A stretch of 20,000 bases of DNA from the IMG/VR virus record IMGVR_UViG_3300012347_000031, one strand, 5' to 3'. Position numbers and translations under genes: made by a program. Every line of letters starts with the position of its first letter. The stretch's first letter is position 1. This DNA is from an uncultured virus (IMG/VR IMGVR_UViG_3300012347_000031). Taxonomy: Duplodnaviria > Heunggongvirae > Uroviricota > Caudoviricetes. The notes below the pieces were generated by a model that worked only from the letters and a program-made list of their open reading frames with translations, ran no database searches and was not told the DNA's origin. Below are positions 16,142 through 20,000 of this stretch, piece after piece.

Positions 16142-16717
16142 TTAGGATCCCTGACTGTAGAGAAATAGGTCTACAGGCATTGCAATCCGTATATTGCTCT
16201 GATATGTGGCTACGTAATGGTACAAAAAGCTGGGGAAAACTACAATATCTCCAGTCTCGGGTGTTAGGCTAACCTGTTCGAACCATGGTAAAAACGACTC
16301 GTCGTAGCCTCTATTCGCGTTCTGTCTTGGGTCTGTGAACGTGATTGATCCACCGCGACTTCTCTCTTCACACAAAAGATAGAACACGGCAGATATTTGT
16401 GAACCTCGATGGTTGTGGTATGCTAGGCTAGAGCCATCATGGTAGCTTGCAACCCATCCCTTCATTCGATGACCATTCCAGTCAGCGATACCCTTACCGA
16501 GAGTTTCCTTTAGAAACTTATCGAATGTTGGGTACACAACCTCTTTCTTGAATCTCTGAATAGACTCGTTCTCAACTTCGAGGATGTTGAATGAACCGAA
16601 CTCTCCTCTGGTGTTCTGAGTGTCGTACTCAGCTAAGATGTTTGCAGTGACATCTTCGAGAAGTTCTGTCGGAGCCTTCTCCTTCATGAACGGAGTAGAC
16701 CATAGTTGTTCGATCAT
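16142..16717 (-). CDS. 2OG-Fe(II) oxygenase (HxH type, TIGR02466/2OG-FeII_Oxy_5-like)
   Basis: W......G....HNH....SAVFYL, GG.I.F.DPR, P..GD.VVFPSFLYH.V and a distal RI. Confidence 0.85.
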   Translation of the reverse strand: MIEQLWSTPFMKEKAPTELLEDVTANILAEYDTQNTRGEFGSFNILEVENESIQRFKKEVVYPTFDKFLKETLGKGIADWNGHRMKGWVASYHDGSSLAYHNHRGSQISAVFYLLCEERSRGGSITFTDPRQNANRGYDESFLPWFEQVSLTPETGDIVVFPSFLYHYVATYQSNIRIAMPVDLFLYSQGS

Positions 16718-17205
16718 GCTCTTCTCCTAATCATTAGGTTCAGAGTGATTCTGGAGATTCTTCCTGTATAGTTTGTAACTTTATGCCACACATCAGCAGG
16801 GAACAAAATAACTTGACCAACCTTGAACTTCACTGTATAATCAACTGTGTTGGGGTTTATGGAATCAGATACATATTGTGGATTTCGCCAAGCAGGATCG
16901 TATAACACCAAGTCTCCTCCTGCATTCTCCTCTCCGTAGAGTTGAACTACACAGACGAACTGATTCCCGTAGTGGCTGTCGCAATGGATGTCAAAGCTGC
17001 TGTATCCAGAACGAACCCAACCGTCAGCAACCTCATAATCCCCACCGTAGTTTTTCGATACCATCTCCAAGATATCATTCAATGGAGTCCCAAGGTTCTT
17101 CCAGTTTTTGTCTGAAGTTTGTGCAAACTCAGTTGCAAGTTCTAGCACACGTCCTTCGTCTAGCTGCTCGATTGCAACTCGCGTTGGAAAAAGTTCTAAC
17201 ATCAT
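16714..17205 (-). CDS. 2OG-Fe(II) oxygenase
   Basis: LFPT N-terminus, HCD, GGDLVLYDP, G.VILFP..VWHKV, RITLN. Confidence 0.8.
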   Translation of the reverse strand: MMLELFPTRVAIEQLDEGRVLELATEFAQTSDKNWKNLGTPLNDILEMVSKNYGGDYEVADGWVRSGYSSFDIHCDSHYGNQFVCVVQLYGEENAGGDLVLYDPAWRNPQYVSDSINPNTVDYTVKFKVGQVILFPADVWHKVTNYTGRISRITLNLMIRRRA

Positions 17206-17597
17206 ATCATGAATTCCTCTTTGAAGTATTGGTACACGTCTGGCACCATACCTTTAGTCACATCAAAATCCCACCCAGTCCTTATAAGAATCTGATGGTA
17301 AGTCTTCGGGTCTCTACTGTATTCCACAAAATATGGATCGTTTCCATAAAGCAATTCAGGATCCTCGAGATACTCAAGTGGACGTCCACCAAAGTGTTCA
17401 GCCAAGAATCGAGCATAGCAGATACCAACCATGTAAGACTTAGAAGGGTACACCCATCCCAAATCTCTCGAGTTGAAATACTCCACAGCATATTTAACAA
17501 CCTCGTCAGTCATCTCAATATCAAAGTTGTTCAGATCGTCAGAATGAATCGGGTTCATTCGATGATAGATCTCTTGCCTAACTTTCCAGTCTTCCAT
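17202..17597 (-). CDS. Hypothetical protein within the radical SAM/oxygenase cluster
   Basis: Open frame that overlaps both neighbours. Probable start MEDWKVRQEIYHR at 17597 (the track uses 17612). Tyr/Asp/Glu-rich, with no motif I recognise. Confidence 0.7.
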   Translation of the reverse strand: MEDWKVRQEIYHRMNPIHSDDLNNFDIEMTDEVVKYAVEYFNSRDLGWVYPSKSYMVGICYARFLAEHFGGRPLEYLEDPELLYGNDPYFVEYSRDPKTYHQILIRTGWDFDVTKGMVPDVYQYFKEEFMI

Positions 17598-18501
17598 TCT
17601 TATACCAATCAATCAGATGCTTAAAGCCATTACAACTATTCTCTAGCGAATCCACTTTTCTCAAGTGTTCAGATAAACAGTTACCGAAATACTCACACTT
17701 ACTGCAGAACGCATTACGAGAAACTCTCTTACGTTCAGTCTCACACCATACCAAATATTCTTCGTAGGTTTCGTACTCTAAGAAAAACTCGTTATCGTTC
17801 AAGTCAAACTCTAAGACTCCATACTTACCATTCGGTGTGATGTAAATGTGGTCGTCAGAGAAGGCATTCCTAGTTTTATTTAACACCGTATCAAGTAGGT
17901 GTTCGTTGACCAACTCAAACTTCTTGTTGGGATTCTCGATCCACTTCTTGACGAACTTCTCGTAGTCCGAGTAGGTTACATTGAATTGATTGGCTTGGTT
18001 CTTGCTGTAAGGTTTAATCTCCACAGAGACCAGATTCTCCAGCATGTTAAACATACCAACCATCTCGTCAACGTCTTGCATAACGACAGCTGGAGAAGCC
18101 AGCATTAGAACAGAGAATGGTTTGCCGAGCAGAGCCATATTTCTGAAGACTCTGTGGGAATCCTCTCTGGCTTTGAAGTCATAACTAACCGATGTTGTCA
18201 CTCGTTCGTCTTTGGTGATATCGTTCACCATTGATAGGTTTGTTATCAGATTGATGTCTTGGATACCATACGAGTTGAGCAAGTCAATCATATCGTTCCA
18301 GTAGTCTTCAGGGAGTATTCCCAACTCTCCGCCATACAAGTCTACCATCCCTATTTCATCGAAGGACGAGATCTCGCTTAGCATCTCATTCAATCGAGTC
18401 AGTGGTAGAAGTTTCTTGTCGTCTAGTTGTTCCTTGGTTAGGTAGCAGAACTCGCAATGAAAGTTACAGTAGTACCAAGGGTTAATTGAGATTGTCAACA
18501 T
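17578..18501 (-). CDS. Radical SAM protein with a C-terminal Cys cluster (reduced SPASM-like)
   Basis: CNFHCEFC (CxxxCxxC), YGGE, ITNLS, and a C-terminal CSKCEYFGNC...SCNG. Probable start MLTISINP at 18501 (the track uses 18519). Confidence 0.9.
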   Translation of the reverse strand: MLTISINPWYYCNFHCEFCYLTKEQLDDKKLLPLTRLNEMLSEISSFDEIGMVDLYGGELGILPEDYWNDMIDLLNSYGIQDINLITNLSMVNDITKDERVTTSVSYDFKAREDSHRVFRNMALLGKPFSVLMLASPAVVMQDVDEMVGMFNMLENLVSVEIKPYSKNQANQFNVTYSDYEKFVKKWIENPNKKFELVNEHLLDTVLNKTRNAFSDDHIYITPNGKYGVLEFDLNDNEFFLEYETYEEYLVWCETERKRVSRNAFCSKCEYFGNCLSEHLRKVDSLENSCNGFKHLIDWYKNGRLES

Positions 18502-19000
18502 AATAATGGAAACTGGCAACGATCCTCGGTAGAGGAATCTTCTGCTCAGTCACTCTGTGCTCGAATTTAGTAGTGTGATTTAAAATGCAAACGTCTCCTG
18601 CCTTTGGGTAGAAAAACGCATGCTCTAACTTACTTATCGGATCTCTGAAACCGATACCGCTACCAATGTCTTCATCTGTGTCGCTGAAATATAAGAGGAT
18701 CCCAAGGTTGACTTTGTCCTGTTCGAAGTCGTTGTGCCACTCATAGACGTTCTCGTCCATACCGTTTACCAGATCGCAGTAGTCTCTGTGGTAGTCTCCG
18801 AACAATGGTCGGACATACTTCTCACCCAAATACTTCTGCGTGATAGCCAGAGCTAACTCTACATCTTCGGTTCGCTTAACCATCTGCAATGGTATCGTTC
18901 CTCTATCACTCCACTCAACTTCGTTGATGTCGATGAATTGGAATGATGCCTCATCTCTAAGGCAGTGGTATCCTTTATTGGTTAGATTTGATAATGTCAT
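18482..19000 (-). CDS. 2OG-Fe(II) oxygenase (prolyl-hydroxylase-like fold)
   Basis: WHND (HxD), ILLYF, G.G..F, P..GD...L, FEHRV and RIV.SF. Confidence 0.8.
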   Translation of the reverse strand: MTLSNLTNKGYHCLRDEASFQFIDINEVEWSDRGTIPLQMVKRTEDVELALAITQKYLGEKYVRPLFGDYHRDYCDLVNGMDENVYEWHNDFEQDKVNLGILLYFSDTDEDIGSGIGFRDPISKLEHAFFYPKAGDVCILNHTTKFEHRVTEQKIPLPRIVASFHYYVDNLN

Positions 19001-20000
19001 TGGCTAGAGTCTTCATCTTACGACAGTGAGTCTCAGTTAACCCATAGTCTTTGTGGTCTTTGATTGTCTTGCGGCATCCATTACATATGTCAAACATTGG
19101 ACACCCATAACAGTCGTTGGTCATAGTCTGCAATTCGAATTCGTGTTTCAGTGGTCTTATGATTGCTCCAGACATCTCTGCTTTGAAGTCTATCGGATAC
19201 AACCTATCATCGCCGAATGCTCCACACGAGTAGTAGTCTCCAGATGGTTGTAGTGTTCTGATGCCAGCATCGCACTCTCTGTTTTGCGGACAGCATGTCG
19301 AACCACCAGACAATCGTTTCATCATCTGCTTAGTGTTGAACTCCCATGGAGCTAAACCACGTTTCCAAATTTCAACGTAGATCTCGTACATGTTAGCAAG
19401 TAGATATGGGCTACCTTCTTGCCCCATGCGAATGCCTTTGAACATAACAGGTGGTCCAGAAGACATAGCGTAGTTCAGCTTACACTCAACGCCCATCTTC
19501 TTGGCTAGTTCTACGTTCTTAATTGCATCGTGTTGGTTCTCGTCAGTGATCACTGAAATGAAGTCTGGGCGATACCCAACGTGTTCCAGCATAGCGTCTG
19601 AAACTTTCCAGAAGTCTTCTTCAGTGAACTCCGTTAAATCTCCCTTGAGCCTACCACCACCATACTGGAATGATGTGGTGATACCCATGCGCTCGTTCTT
19701 GAAAAGTTCTTTCCACTTTTGCGGGTTCTTGTAGAACGGATATAAGTTAGAAGTGAAACTTATCGTTGTGTCGTAGTCGTGTTCATCTAACCAATTGATT
19801 ATCTCCCAATAGTAGTCAACAGGCATCATGAGTGGATCGCCACCATTCACAATGATAGTTCTCGTGTCTGGGAATCTCGTCAAGAAATCATAAATGTACT
19901 GATGGTCTAACTCCGCAGTCTTATCGTCTGTGATTTTAGTGCTGGAGCAGAATGTGCATTTGAAGTTGCACTTCTCTGTTGGTTTAATGATCAAGTCCAT
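18975..20000 (-). CDS. Radical SAM/SPASM-domain protein
   Basis: IIKPT..CNFKCTFC (CxxxCxxC), NGGDP, FTSN, then SPASM-like CCP...EC, G.YYSC, CYGCPMFDICNGC...HC. The ATG is at the window edge and the N-terminus looks complete. Confidence 0.92.
   Translation of the reverse strand: MDLIIKPTEKCNFKCTFCSSTKITDDKTAELDHQYIYDFLTRFPDTRTIIVNGGDPLMMPVDYYWEIINWLDEHDYDTTISFTSNLYPFYKNPQKWKELFKNERMGITTSFQYGGGRLKGDLTEFTEEDFWKVSDAMLEHVGYRPDFISVITDENQHDAIKNVELAKKMGVECKLNYAMSSGPPVMFKGIRMGQEGSPYLLANMYEIYVEIWKRGLAPWEFNTKQMMKRLSGGSTCCPQNRECDAGIRTLQPSGDYYSCGAFGDDRLYPIDFKAEMSGAIIRPLKHEFELQTMTNDCYGCPMFDICNGCRKTIKDHKDYGLTETHCRKMKTLANDIIKSNQ

Noticed and set aside
801..19734. Many plus-strand ORFs in the track (e.g. 5126-5509, 6179-6502, 16878-17624) and short alternative-frame minus ORFs (e.g. 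178-468, 4179-4505, 9790-10170)
   Set aside because: They lie inside well-supported minus-strand genes, have no recognisable motifs, and look like shadow ORFs.
1..20000. CRISPR array, tRNA or other structured RNA gene
   Set aside because: Intergenic gaps are all under 80 nt, and I saw no regularly spaced repeats or cloverleaf.
1..20000. Stop-codon reassignment
   Set aside because: Core genes are full length under the standard bacterial code, and coding density is near complete.
16094..20000. A RiPP precursor peptide for the rSAM enzymes inside the window
   Set aside because: The enzyme genes overlap and leave no room for a separate small ORF. A precursor could still lie beyond position 20000.

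Overview
This window is part of a T4-like (Tevenvirinae/Kyanoviridae-style) myophage genome, and every credible gene is on the minus strand. In transcription order (20000 to 1) it has four parts. (1) An overlapping enzyme cluster: two radical-SAM proteins with C-terminal Cys clusters, three 2OG-Fe(II) oxygenases and one orphan. (2) A late-promoter-like motif and a 574-aa fibre-like protein. (3) A strikingly regular array of 12 small genes arranged as three modules, each with three paralogous ~175-230-aa beta-rich proteins followed by one ~100-117-aa protein carrying a 'YP...D...K.KYPK' motif. (4) The T4 core virion genes: gp13, gp14, an inserted protein with a gp9/gp10-type N-terminus, gp15, gp17 (no gp16 in its usual slot), an enlarged gp18 sheath, gp19 and the start of gp20. 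The most interesting signal is the 3x(3+1) array, which looks like three heterotrimeric receptor-binding tips, each with its own partner protein, lying next to a possible modification-enzyme cluster. All family assignments come from motif recognition by eye; no database searches were run.
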